DNA of 64,000 bases from an uncultured delta proteobacterium (GTDB lineage Bacteria > Myxococcota > B64-G9): assembly GCA_963754925.1 (NCBI GenBank), contig CAVWHX010000004.1, positions 32,001-96,000 of the forward strand. Reading direction: 5' to 3'. The notes beneath the pieces were generated by a model. That model searched no databases. It was not told where the DNA came from and saw only the letters and a program-made list of their open reading frames with translations. The translations under genes were made by a program, and so were the position numbers. This document shows positions 29,711 through 41,102 of the stretch, in pieces; the first letter of the stretch is position 1; every line of letters starts with the position of its first letter.

Positions 29711-31240
29711 ATGGTCCTTGAAACTGAAAAAGAAGTTCAGCTCTTAGGAGACATCTCAAAATCTTTTGCGGAGTCCCTAAATCTCGAAATGACCCTTAAA
29801 TCCATACTGACATCGCTGGATACTCACCTCAAGTTGCAGCGTGGCACCATCACCTTGTTGGATCCTCAGACCGAAACGATCAACATCAAAATCGCCCATG
29901 GCATCAGTGAGCGATCGAAACAGCTCGGGAGCTATAAGGTCGGCGAGGGCATCACCGGCATGGTGGTACAATCCGGTAGAGAAATCGTTGTCCCCGATAT
30001 TTCCAATGATCACCGTTTTTTACATAAAACCAAGGCGCGAAAACCCATCAAAGGAAAAAAAATAGCATTTTTTTGCGTCCCGATAAAGTTGAAAGGCAAA
30101 ACTATAGGGGCGCTCAGCGTTGATAAATTAACCAATACCAACGACGACTTCAAAGCCAGTGTGAGATTGTTGAATATTATTTCAACCATGGTGGCTCAGG
30201 CCGTCAAGCTGAACAAACTGGTTGAATCCGACCGTAAATTGCTTCAAGACGAAAACATCCGTCTGCGCCAGGAGCTCAAAACGCAGTTTAGTATTCACAA
30301 CATGATTGGCAGCAGCAATGCGATGAGAGAAGTGTACCGACTTATCGAGCAAGTGTCCGACAGCAATGCGACCGTTCTTATCCGGGGGGAAAGCGGCACC
30401 GGGAAAGATCTGGTGGCGCATGCCATTCACTACAATAGCCCCCGGGCCGACAATCCCTTCGTGAAAGTTAATTGCACCGCCCTCCCGGAGACATTACTGG
30501 AGAGTGAGCTCTTTGGGCACGAGAAGGGATCATTCACGAGCGCATCCGAAAGAAAAATCGGCAGATTCGAACGAGCGCATGGCGGAACGATATTTCTCGA
30601 TGAGATCGGCGATTTTTCCATGAACCTTCAGGTTAAGTTGCTGCGCGTGATCCAATTCAAAGAGTTCGAACGGGTCGGCGGGCATGAAATGCTCAAGACA
30701 AATGTAAGAATTGTGGTCGCGACCAATAAAAACCTCGAGAAGCAGATCTCGGAAGGGCTTTTTCGCGAAGATTTATATTACCGGGTGAACGTGTTTCCGA
30801 TTTTTCTCCCGCCATTGAGAGATCACAAAGACGATATCATGCTCTTGGCCGACTACTTTCTCGAAAAGTCGGCCAATGAAAACAACAAGAAGATTTTGCG
30901 TATTTCAACACCGGCGATAGAAATGCTCACGCGCTATCACTGGCCGGGCAACGTCCGTGAGCTTGAAAACTGTATTGAGCGAGCGGTGTTGCTATGCGAT
31001 GGGGAGGTCATTCGTTCGGAACATTTGCCGCCGTCGCTCCAAATGGTCAATAAATCCGATGCGATTACAACGCGTTCGCTGATAGACATTATTGCCGATA
31101 AAGAAAACGAATTGATTATTGATGCGCTGAAAAAATGCGGCGGCAATCAACGACAGGCGGCCCGCGAACTCGGCATTACCGAGCGCATTTTGGGCTATAA
31201 AATAAAAAAGTACGACATCCAGCCAAAAATGCTGACCTAA
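29711..31240 (+). CDS. NifA-like GAF + sigma54 AAA+ + HTH activator
   Basis: GAF (YKVGEGITG), GESGTGK, ESELFGHEKGSFTSA, FLDEIG, WPGNVRELEN, Fis-type HTH. Confidence 0.9.
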   Translation: MVLETEKEVQLLGDISKSFAESLNLEMTLKSILTSLDTHLKLQRGTITLLDPQTETINIKIAHGISERSKQLGSYKVGEGITGMVVQSGREIVVPDISNDHRFLHKTKARKPIKGKKIAFFCVPIKLKGKTIGALSVDKLTNTNDDFKASVRLLNIISTMVAQAVKLNKLVESDRKLLQDENIRLRQELKTQFSIHNMIGSSNAMREVYRLIEQVSDSNATVLIRGESGTGKDLVAHAIHYNSPRADNPFVKVNCTALPETLLESELFGHEKGSFTSASERKIGRFERAHGGTIFLDEIGDFSMNLQVKLLRVIQFKEFERVGGHEMLKTNVRIVVATNKNLEKQISEGLFREDLYYRVNVFPIFLPPLRDHKDDIMLLADYFLEKSANENNKKILRISTPAIEMLTRYHWPGNVRELENCIERAVLLCDGEVIRSEHLPPSLQMVNKSDAITTRSLIDIIADKENELIIDALKKCGGNQRQAARELGITERILGYKIKKYDIQPKMLT

Positions 31241-31475
31241 TAGAGAACATTATGGCTTGTCACATAACAACTAATGGGTTAGTAACCTACAGCCATGGTA
31301 AAGCCGACCCAGTGTAAGTAAGCTACTATTGATATGCGGTATCTGCGGCATGTTATGGCATTGATGTCGTTGAATAAATTATCGAGAGCATTTTTGTTTT
31401 ATTTTTCGAGCAGGTATACCGTGTGGAGCTATAGTGGGGTCTAATGCAAGCAAGATTTGGATATGGAGCGATGTA

Positions 31476-32708
31476 ATGCGTCTAAAGAAAAAAATATTTT
31501 GGATGGTTGGGCTCGCAGGACTTCTCATTGGCGTCTTTTTTATCTATCGTGTCGCCACCGGCCAGAAAAAAAATGAGCTTCGTTTCGAAACGGCGAGGGT
31601 CGAACGCGGCCCGGTCATCGCCAAGGTGACCGCAACCGGCATACTATCCGCTTTGGTCACGGTTCAAGTCGGCAGCCAAGTATCGGGGTACGTTAAAGAT
31701 CTCCTGGTTGACTTTAATTCGCCGGTGACTAAGGGCCAAGTCATCGCCCGTATCGATCCACAGCTTTTCCAAGCCGCCCTCGAGCAGGCGCGCGCAAACT
31801 ACATGGCCGCGCGAGGCGACCTCAATAAATCAATAGCCCAGGCAGCGGACGCCGAACGTCAGTACCAACGCAACAAGAGCCTGGCCGAGCGCAAGTTGAT
31901 TGCCCAGGCCGATCTCGACACGTCACAGGCAAACGCCGACGCCGCCAAAGCGCAGGTCGACTCTTCGGCTGGAAAATTGGAGCAGGCTAAAGCCGCATTG
32001 TATCAGGCTAAGGTAAACCTGGAATACTCAACCATTATCGCGCCGATTAATGGAGTGGTGATCTCTCGTAATGTTGATGTCGGACAGACGGTCGCAGCTT
32101 CATTGCAAGCGCCGATACTTTTTACGATTGCCGAAGATCTCCGCAAGATGCAGGTGGACACCAGCGTGGCTGAGGCTGATGTCGGTAAGATTCATGATGG
32201 TATGACGGCCACCTTCACCGTCGACGCCTATCCCAACGAACGTTTTACCGGCACGGTGCGCCAGGTTCGTAACGCGGCTCAGATAGTGCAAAACGTCGTC
32301 ACCTACGACGCGGTTATTGATGTCGCAAATCCCGACTTGAAGCTCCGGCCGGGCATGACCGCCAACGCGATTTTTATTTACGCCGAAAAGGAAGATGTCT
32401 TGCGGATTCCTAACGCTTCGCTGCGTTTTCACCCCACGGCCCAAATGCTGTCGCAAGCAGCAGGTGGGGACCCACCCATCGTTGCCAAGGCTGACCCATC
32501 CAGCGGCAGAACCATATGGGTACAGCACCAGGGAGAAGCAAAACCCATCACCGTCAAGACGGGCATCACCGATGGCACGCTCACCGAGGTTTCCGGCGAT
32601 ACCATTCATGAAGGCGATCTCGTCGTCATTGACGTTCTTGGCGGAGCGGGCACGACGACTTCCGGTCCTGCCGGGGGAATGGGTGCGGGCATGCGCCGGG
32701 GATTCTGA
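31476..32708 (+). CDS. macA: MacA-like efflux periplasmic adaptor
   Basis: VQVGSQVSG, APINGVVISRNV..GQTVAAS, LRPGMTA. Confidence 0.85.
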   Translation: MRLKKKIFWMVGLAGLLIGVFFIYRVATGQKKNELRFETARVERGPVIAKVTATGILSALVTVQVGSQVSGYVKDLLVDFNSPVTKGQVIARIDPQLFQAALEQARANYMAARGDLNKSIAQAADAERQYQRNKSLAERKLIAQADLDTSQANADAAKAQVDSSAGKLEQAKAALYQAKVNLEYSTIIAPINGVVISRNVDVGQTVAASLQAPILFTIAEDLRKMQVDTSVAEADVGKIHDGMTATFTVDAYPNERFTGTVRQVRNAAQIVQNVVTYDAVIDVANPDLKLRPGMTANAIFIYAEKEDVLRIPNASLRFHPTAQMLSQAAGGDPPIVAKADPSSGRTIWVQHQGEAKPITVKTGITDGTLTEVSGDTIHEGDLVVIDVLGGAGTTTSGPAGGMGAGMRRGF

Positions 32709-32715
32709 GGTCAGC

Positions 32716-33473
32716 ATGAGGGATGACAACTCACTGCTCGTGCTCGAAAACGTATCCAAGATTTATCGCATGGGTGATGTGGAGGTCCATGCGTTGCGAG
32801 GTGTTTCACTAACCGTGCACGAGGGTGATTTCGTGGCCATCATGGGCGCCTCGGGCTCGGGAAAGTCGACGCTGATGAATATTTTTGGATGCCTTGACCA
32901 CCCCACCACGGGACATTTCTTTTTGGGCGGGCGAGACGTCTCAGGATTGGACCGCAACACCCTGGCCGAGATCCGCAACCACACCATTGGTTTTGTATTC
33001 CAAAACTTCAATTTACTGACGCGCACCAGCGCCCTGGAAAACGTGGAACTGCCCCTGCTCTACAGCGGGAGCTCCACCCGCGACCGGATTAAACGCGCCC
33101 ATGAGGCCCTCGATCACGTGGGCCTCGGCGACCGCGCCAACCATCATCCCAACCAAATGTCGGGCGGACAACAGCAACGAGTTGCCATCGCGCGCTCAAT
33201 AGTGTCAAAACCCAAAGTTATCCTGGCCGACGAGCCGACGGGCAACCTCGACTCGCAAACCAGCGTCGAGATCCTGGCGCTCTTTCAGGAGTTGGGGCGC
33301 GATGGCATGACCATTATCCTGGTAACGCACGAACCCGATATCGCCGCCTATGCTTCCCGAATCATTATGATGAAGGACGGTCGGATCCAATCCGACCAGC
33401 GTCAGAATCAAAAATCAGCGCGGCTTCGTACCGGTTCGCCTGGTGTTGAAGCAGCACAAGAGGTGTCGCTGGC

Positions 33474-33477
<4 letters not shown>
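32716..33477 (+). CDS. MacB/LolD-type ABC ATPase
   Basis: [41 protein letters not shown]. Confidence 0.9.
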
Positions 33478-34702
<1,225 letters not shown>

Positions 34703-34703
<1 letters not shown>

Positions 34704-36040
34704 TGCGACTTATATCCATACCACTTTTATTGATGCTGGCTACCGATGGCCTGGCGGCGGAACCCGCCGACAAGATCATTTCTCTTGACGAGGCGCTCAA
34801 AACCGCCATAGAGAACCAACCGCAGCTGCGCCAAGCCAAGGCGACCGTCGCGGCGGCAAAAGCGCTCGCCGACGAGGCGTTCGCGCCGCTTTTGCCCCAG
34901 GTAACCGGCACCGGAACCTACACACGGAAAACGGGTAACTTCGCGCAAAACCCGGGCTTGACACCACCCTCAATCTCAAGCACCAGCACTACTTCAACCA
35001 AACCAGCACCCGCACCCTCTCCTTTCACGACGTATAATTACTTCAACTTCGGCGTGAGCGTGAACCAACTCATCTACGATTTTAACTATACCAAGGGCGC
35101 TTACGACGCCGCAAAGATGACCATCACCTCCCAAGAGAAAACCGAGCGCGCGACGCTGCTTCAAGTCCAGTTGAACGTCCGCACTGCCTATTTTGCGGCG
35201 AGAGCATACAAGGCATTAGTAAAAGTGGCGCAGGAAACACTCGAAAACCAACAAAGCCATTTAGCCCAGACCCAAGGTTTCGTAGATGTCGGAACGCACC
35301 CGGAGATCGACTTGGCGCTGGCGCGCACCAATGTCGCCAATGCGCGGGTGCAACTCATTACGGCTGAAAACAATTACGAAACCGGCAAGGCCCAACTGAA
35401 CCTGGCGATGGGTGTCGAGATGCCGACCACGTATGATGTCTCCGATGAAACTTCTTCAGCGCTGGAAGGCGAAGATCAAAGTTTGGATAATCTCCTTGCA
35501 GAGGCCCGCAAGGCGCGCCCTGAGATCGCTTCTCTCGAAAGCCAGATACGATCCCAGGAGCTGACGCTCAGTTCCTACAAAGGTCAATACTGGCCAAGTC
35601 TCGGTGTCTCGACCGGTCTTACCGATGCCGGATCCTATATTACCAACCTGAAATGGAATTGGAATGCCGCGTTGACGCTTACCTGGCTCCTGTATCAAGG
35701 AGGTCTCACCATGGCGGAGGTACGTGACGCGCATGCGAATATTCTTGGTCTACAGGCCCAGCTCGACGCAGAGAAAAACCAAGTTCGCCTTGAGGTCGAC
35801 CAAGCCCGTCTCGCGGTGCGGGCCACGAAGGCCACAACCGACGCGGCGGATGACGCAATCACGAATGCCCGGGAACAGCTCAGGCTCGCGGAAGGACGGT
35901 ACCAGACCGGCGTGGGAAACGCGATTGAGCTGAGCGATTCGCAGCTCGCGCTCACCAATGCGTTGGCCCAGAAGATTCAGGCCGACTACAACCTGGCGAC
36001 AGCTCGGGCGCAACTAATTAAAGCTTTAGGACGGTTTTAG
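34703..36040 (+). CDS. TolC-family outer-membrane efflux protein
   Basis: Signal peptide, LDEA..TA..N.P, two OEP repeats, RY..GVG. Confidence 0.88.
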
Positions 36041-36063
36041 TCAGAGTACGGAGCAATTGCTTC

Positions 36064-36255
36064 ATGATGAAAGTTCGTGATATTATAAAATTGATTGAGC
36101 AAGACGGTTGGTTTCCGGTTGCCATTAAAGGAAGTCATCGGCAATACAAACATTCTTCAAAACCCGGCAGAGTAACCGTTGCTGGAAAAGCATCCGATGA
36201 TATAGCACCAGGAACCTTAAACAGCATTCTCAAACAAGCTCAATTGAAAGTATAA
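36064..36255 (+). CDS. hicA: HicA mRNA interferase toxin
   Basis: DGW....KGSHRQYKH..KPGRVTV...GTLNSILKQA. Confidence 0.9.
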   Translation: MMKVRDIIKLIEQDGWFPVAIKGSHRQYKHSSKPGRVTVAGKASDDIAPGTLNSILKQAQLKV

Positions 36256-36267
36256 GAGGTGTCAATC

Positions 36268-36480
36268 ATGAGAAAATTCCTTATCGTAATCGAAAAGGCA
36301 AAAAACAATTATTCCGCATATTCACCCGATCTTCCCGGATGCATTGCAACAGGTAAGACAATAAAGGAAACTGAAAAAAACATGTATGAAGCTATTGAAT
36401 TTCATTTAGAGGGGCTCAAAGAAGATCGAATTCCATACCCTAAATCTTCCGCTATCGCAGAATACGTAGTTATTCAATAG
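36268..36480 (+). CDS. hicB: HicB antitoxin (short form)
   Basis: YSAYSPDLPGCIATGKT..E...EAIEFHLEGL. Confidence 0.9.
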   Translation: MRKFLIVIEKAKNNYSAYSPDLPGCIATGKTIKETEKNMYEAIEFHLEGLKEDRIPYPKSSAIAEYVVIQ

Positions 36481-36486
36481 GGTTAG

Positions 36487-38268
36487 TTACGGAAGCGAAA
36501 ATGACGCGGTCGATTCAATCCCGGTAAGCTGCAGGATTTCGTCATTGCTTTTGCCGTTATTCTTGATACGCAGCGGAATAGGCATGACGAAATACTGATC
36601 CGGATTTACCGCCCACGGTTTGCTTTGGGTAACGGTCACTTCTATATTGCCGGCTTTCTCGGTATGCTTTTCAGAAAGCGATAACAGCCCGAGACCATAG
36701 AGCCATTCGTTAAAGAACCAGTCCATATTCTGTCCTGACGTCTGTGTAATCAGGTTTGTAAATTCAATGGTCGTAGCCGCCGTGAAAGGATGAGCATCAC
36801 GAAATTGTTGGAGACTATTCATCAGCGTTGGGGTTCCGATCACCGATTCAAGCATCCTGAGAACCCAGGCGCCTTTGATGTAATAGATTTGCGGCACCAT
36901 GGTGGAGGTGTCTGTAGGGACCAAAGGATAATCCTGCCCCCCTCCCTGATAATACGAAAACAGCGGCTCCACTTCCCACAACCAGATCGCCTGGCCTTCC
37001 GTATTTCCGCGGATGCTACCCACGGCGTCGCCGGCCGCAAAGTCAGCCATGCCTTCTTGCAGCCACAGATCGGCCGATGAGCCGATGAACACATCATTTC
37101 CCCACCACTGGTGCGCCAATTCATGCGCCAGATAGAAATCCCGCTCGGCGAAAGAGCCGGTTCCATCATCGTCCCAGGTATAATTCGGGACAATCACCAA
37201 ACCCGGCGTGGATTCGCCGCTGGTAAAACGCTCATCCACCCCGGCAAAACTAATGGTATCAAACGCCGGTTCACCAAACCACGTGCGATACAAATTGCAA
37301 TACGACGACAGCACCGGTCCATAGGTTGAGGGCTTAATAGGATAGTTGTCGATGCTTTTCCCGGGAATAGCGTATATCTCTATCACCGTATTACCGCACT
37401 GGCCGGTAGCCGTCTCATACTTTGCAAGCGCCAAATCCATGTTTCCCTGAAATGGAAAAGTGATATTCCAGGTGTCTGTTTTAGATTGCCCATCAAGCGA
37501 AACCACCGATGCTGATCTGGCGCCCGACATCACCAGCGTTTGATCGGCCGGATAAGTGACCTGAAAAGTAAGGTTATTCAAAATGGATTGTCCCACCAAC
37601 CACGGCCAAAATTGATAATCCAACGCAAAGAACGTAGAGTTTTCACTTAACAGATCGCCGAGAAAGTTGATGTCGCCCTCATTAGAGTAATCCACCGTCA
37701 CATTAACATCGGCATCACTCCACGAAATTTCGACGGTCAATGGCGTTCCGGCGGTAAAGGGGGATGCGGGGGTGATGGTAAGGATATCGTTTGCATAAGA
37801 AGACGAAGACGTTTCATCTAAACCATTCACCTGTACCGAACCGACGCTTTTTGCCGACAATGAAAACGCTAGATTCGGTAAAACTTGGCTGGGAGCGCTC
37901 AAGGTTAACGTTGCCGCACCCGACAAGCTGAGGTTTGCCGGATCAAGAGTCAGAGAAACCGCTTCGGCATCAACCTCGACCGGTTGCGATGAAGAAACAC
38001 CGTCAAGAATTTTCTGGGTAAGCGCACTGCGATATAAAAGTGATTCATTTCGCATCCGATCATACCTGGTTGCGCGCGAGGAAAGGGCAGATGACAAGCT
38101 ACCCGTTGTTGATGCGACCAAGTCGTCACGCAATAAACGAGCGTCGGGGTCCACTTGTACCTGCACGCCGCCCTTTCCGCACGAGAGCAGGTAAAGTGGT
38201 AACCACGCCCAAAGCCATAGTGAGCGTCGTAGAAACTTCACCAACTCCAATTCACAATAGTTTCTCAT
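36487..38268 (-). CDS. M1-family zinc aminopeptidase, probable lipoprotein
   Basis: HELAHQWWG-x-WLQEG (HExxH-x18-E), YYIKGAWVLRML, FFNEW; LLSC lipobox-like. Confidence 0.88.
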   Translation of the reverse strand: MRNYCELELVKFLRRSLWLWAWLPLYLLSCGKGGVQVQVDPDARLLRDDLVASTTGSLSSALSSRATRYDRMRNESLLYRSALTQKILDGVSSSQPVEVDAEAVSLTLDPANLSLSGAATLTLSAPSQVLPNLAFSLSAKSVGSVQVNGLDETSSSSYANDILTITPASPFTAGTPLTVEISWSDADVNVTVDYSNEGDINFLGDLLSENSTFFALDYQFWPWLVGQSILNNLTFQVTYPADQTLVMSGARSASVVSLDGQSKTDTWNITFPFQGNMDLALAKYETATGQCGNTVIEIYAIPGKSIDNYPIKPSTYGPVLSSYCNLYRTWFGEPAFDTISFAGVDERFTSGESTPGLVIVPNYTWDDDGTGSFAERDFYLAHELAHQWWGNDVFIGSSADLWLQEGMADFAAGDAVGSIRGNTEGQAIWLWEVEPLFSYYQGGGQDYPLVPTDTSTMVPQIYYIKGAWVLRMLESVIGTPTLMNSLQQFRDAHPFTAATTIEFTNLITQTSGQNMDWFFNEWLYGLGLLSLSEKHTEKAGNIEVTVTQSKPWAVNPDQYFVMPIPLRIKNNGKSNDEILQLTGIESTASFSLP

Positions 38269-39265
38269 AAAATACTTCTTCTCGATCCTCAGTTGCCAGC
38301 GCCTTTTTTACTCGCGCACCAAAGGTTTTAGCCGCTATCTGATGATATCCCGCGATGCGTGCCATATCTTGAGCGTACACATCGTCCTTGGCAACGCTTG
38401 TCAACAATCGTTGTATACCTTCGTGCTGCGCCGCGCAATAGATGGCTGTGTAAAGCTCCTTTTCCACGCCAAGCGGCATTACGAGCGCATTGACCAATGA
38501 TAATCGCACTAAACCAGTTTTATTCCTTGAGCTAAATTTATACAAGACGGCACATCCTAGTTGAACCCCTCGCCCCGCATGAGCGACAAAAAGCATAACC
38601 CGATTGTTACATTGAAATATTTCTGCCGATTCGCCACCGGTAAGGCGCTTATCACTCTGCAAAATGCCATAGATCACTTCAGACCGGGTTTCCTGAGTGA
38701 CCACAACACTACCCATCAAGGCGGTGGTTACCACCGCGCCGATTTGTTTGCTGAGCTTGTCGCCAATCCACGCGCCTTTCCATAGGCGCTTGATGACCGG
38801 CCATTGTTCTGCAACATCAAGCACAAAATACATCATGTCACTGTATGCCAACCCCCCAAGGCGGAAGAATTCCCCATCAATAGAATTCCACGATTCGTTC
38901 CGGCGATAGGCTACTACTCTGCCGAGCAGCTTACTCTTATGAATCGGTCCTTGCGCGGCGCGACTTATGTCCCCCCGCGCCCAAAAATGGTCTCCTTCAA
39001 CTTTGACCACCCGGTGACTGAGGGTTTTCCCCTCCCATTCAAAAGCAGCCACCCAGCCCTTTTTAATTTCCGCGGAAGAAGCAACCGGCTCAACGCGTAA
39101 GCGATCGCCCGAGCTAAGCCAGGGCCACATACAATTACCAAAGATCACCGGTTCATTCTGCTTCAACTGTGTACTATGAATATGTACCGGTAGTATCACC
39201 GTGGCTGGTTCACCAGGAATAATGACAAAATCGACTTCATCCGCTTTATCACTATTTACCATCAA
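38252..39265 (-). CDS. S24/S26-fold peptidase domain fused to a possible GNAT-like domain
   Basis: GNCMWP.L..GD, SHRVV, ARGD, LLGRV; C-terminal region ending MARIAGY resembles GNAT motif B (weak). Confidence 0.7.
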   Translation of the reverse strand: MMVNSDKADEVDFVIIPGEPATVILPVHIHSTQLKQNEPVIFGNCMWPWLSSGDRLRVEPVASSAEIKKGWVAAFEWEGKTLSHRVVKVEGDHFWARGDISRAAQGPIHKSKLLGRVVAYRRNESWNSIDGEFFRLGGLAYSDMMYFVLDVAEQWPVIKRLWKGAWIGDKLSKQIGAVVTTALMGSVVVTQETRSEVIYGILQSDKRLTGGESAEIFQCNNRVMLFVAHAGRGVQLGCAVLYKFSSRNKTGLVRLSLVNALVMPLGVEKELYTAIYCAAQHEGIQRLLTSVAKDDVYAQDMARIAGYHQIAAKTFGARVKKALATEDREEVFYEKLL

Positions 39266-39296
39266 GAAAGTTACCTTAATGATTGTCGCTCATCAA

Positions 39297-40304
39297 TTAC
39301 CCAACAATGCCGTGTCTACGGTAGTATTGTTCTGCCCGTAGCATCGTTGTGCCGATCAGTTCTTTGCGTAGCTCTAAATCGCCGGCAATGCGCTTGCTAA
39401 CTTTTGCTACCACCTCCGGATCGCTCAATGCTCTCACGCACAGTTGGCACGGATGCAGGTTTTTTTCTTTGGGCGATACCGTGATCCCGGCCAATCTCAT
39501 CACGCCGGCTGGACCACGGCTGATCAGTGCTGCCAAGAGATACGAGCGTTCAGCGCGGTCGAGGATGACTGAAAGCGGCGTTGTCAGCACATTCCCGAGC
39601 GTCAGTATGCGGTTATGAAACTCGAACATATAAGAAGAGCAACAGGCGTTGACTTCACCGTTCGGTAGAACCAAGGCTCCCAATGCCGCTGGGCAAGCGT
39701 TCTTGTTATCTGGTCCGACTCGATCCCTTGGAAGAAATGCTCCCTCGCCAATGTGGTCAAGCGTGTAGGTTTTAACTCTATCGACCATCGCTTTCAATTC
39801 ATTATTTGAGATACATTGGTTTATCGAGGATACGGCCCGACATCCAACCCCTTTGATCTCAACATATAAACCGAGCTCATGGGCGCGCCTGATCAACCAG
39901 AGCGCATTCTCTATCGGGATGGACGGCATATGGTAATCATCGATACTGATCGCAATACCACCCAATCCGGCTTGACTCAGATCTGAGATAATCCGATTAG
40001 CTCGCCCTCTATTGAGGGTCCATTGCGCATTGGTGACTACCCCGCTCTTGCGCCCTTTTTGGGATATTCTCTCGACCAGGCGCAGCAGACGCCGTGGGTG
40101 CAGAAACGGCTCTCCACCGGTAATCCCGATCCCAGCGACATCGTCGGGAAGGTCGGATAGAACCGCGTCAACCACCGCCGGCGTATAGGTATCGCGCCGT
40201 CTGATGTCTTTCTGGATAAAGCAATGGCGGCAGCGGGAATTACAATGCCAACTGGGCGCTATCGTGATGAGCTTATGCCGAAAGATAGGTTCTTTTGTAA
40301 GCAC
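39297..40304 (-). CDS. Radical SAM protein, YydG/EpeE-like (putative peptide epimerase)
   Basis: CNSRCRHC, ITGGEPFL, TNAQW, ISIDDYH, CP...GEV.ACCS...CQLC. Confidence 0.8.
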   Translation of the reverse strand: MLTKEPIFRHKLITIAPSWHCNSRCRHCFIQKDIRRRDTYTPAVVDAVLSDLPDDVAGIGITGGEPFLHPRRLLRLVERISQKGRKSGVVTNAQWTLNRGRANRIISDLSQAGLGGIAISIDDYHMPSIPIENALWLIRRAHELGLYVEIKGVGCRAVSSINQCISNNELKAMVDRVKTYTLDHIGEGAFLPRDRVGPDNKNACPAALGALVLPNGEVNACCSSYMFEFHNRILTLGNVLTTPLSVILDRAERSYLLAALISRGPAGVMRLAGITVSPKEKNLHPCQLCVRALSDPEVVAKVSKRIAGDLELRKELIGTTMLRAEQYYRRHGIVG

Positions 40305-40316
40305 CGGTCCTGCCGC

Positions 40317-41087
40317 CTATAGAAACCGAGACACATCCGAATCAACGCGAAAATTGAGAATATAACTTTTTACCTCAGCCGCCAATGACAGCATGCTCTG
40401 ATATACTTTTGCACGGCTCACGTGATCAACCGCTGGAACAATGAGGTGAGCCGGCATCTGTGCCAGCGCCCGCTTGGGATCAAGCGGTAGACAACGCTCA
40501 TTGGAGCGCTTTGTTAAAAAGCACAACCCGGCGATGGGGGCCGCGACATTGGGGCTGGGTGAGCCGGAATTATCCGGCAACGGCACGCCAAACGCCCACC
40601 ATTTTCCGCGTATGCGCCGCACCGCAATCTTATCGTCGTTGACATAGGTCATACGAGAGGCATGCCGGGCAATGGTGGATTTTCCGGCGCCCGACTGGCC
40701 TAAAAAGATATATGCCCGCTGATCGCGGAATAAACCAGCCGCATGGAGCAACAACCCGGATCTCTCGGATAACGCCGCGACAATGAGATGGCCTAATGCA
40801 AGCGAAATTGCACCTGGGTGTAAACTATGCACCAGGACCTTCATTTGCTCTTTAGAGATCAACTGAGCAGTTACCATTGAAGGAAGATCATCTGCGTTAA
40901 GATATTGTGCTGTGTTCCGGCTGAACTGTCGGGCCTGATTCACTATTTCAAGACGAAGGGGGCAATGCCTTTTACTAGGCCGCATAAAGCCCTTAACAAG
41001 TTGCCCAAGTGATTTATTTACGATATTACAGCTTGTGATCTCGAGATCAACCTGACACACCCGGATGTTGACATTCAAACTACCCAA
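40317..41087 (-). CDS. HPr-kinase-like P-loop protein (RiPP-cluster type)
   Basis: LLLHAAG, FLGQSGAGKST, VNDD; AGGGAGG RBS. Confidence 0.8.
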   Translation of the reverse strand: MGSLNVNIRVCQVDLEITSCNIVNKSLGQLVKGFMRPSKRHCPLRLEIVNQARQFSRNTAQYLNADDLPSMVTAQLISKEQMKVLVHSLHPGAISLALGHLIVAALSERSGLLLHAAGLFRDQRAYIFLGQSGAGKSTIARHASRMTYVNDDKIAVRRIRGKWWAFGVPLPDNSGSPSPNVAAPIAGLCFLTKRSNERCLPLDPKRALAQMPAHLIVPAVDHVSRAKVYQSMLSLAAEVKSYILNFRVDSDVSRFL

Positions 41088-41102
41088 CCTCCCCTTGGAT
41101 AA

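Noticed and set aside
29711..31240. Bona fide nifA / nitrogen-fixation locus
   Set aside because: Same architecture, but no nif genes in the window, and I did not find a canonical TGT-N10-ACA upstream of glnA.
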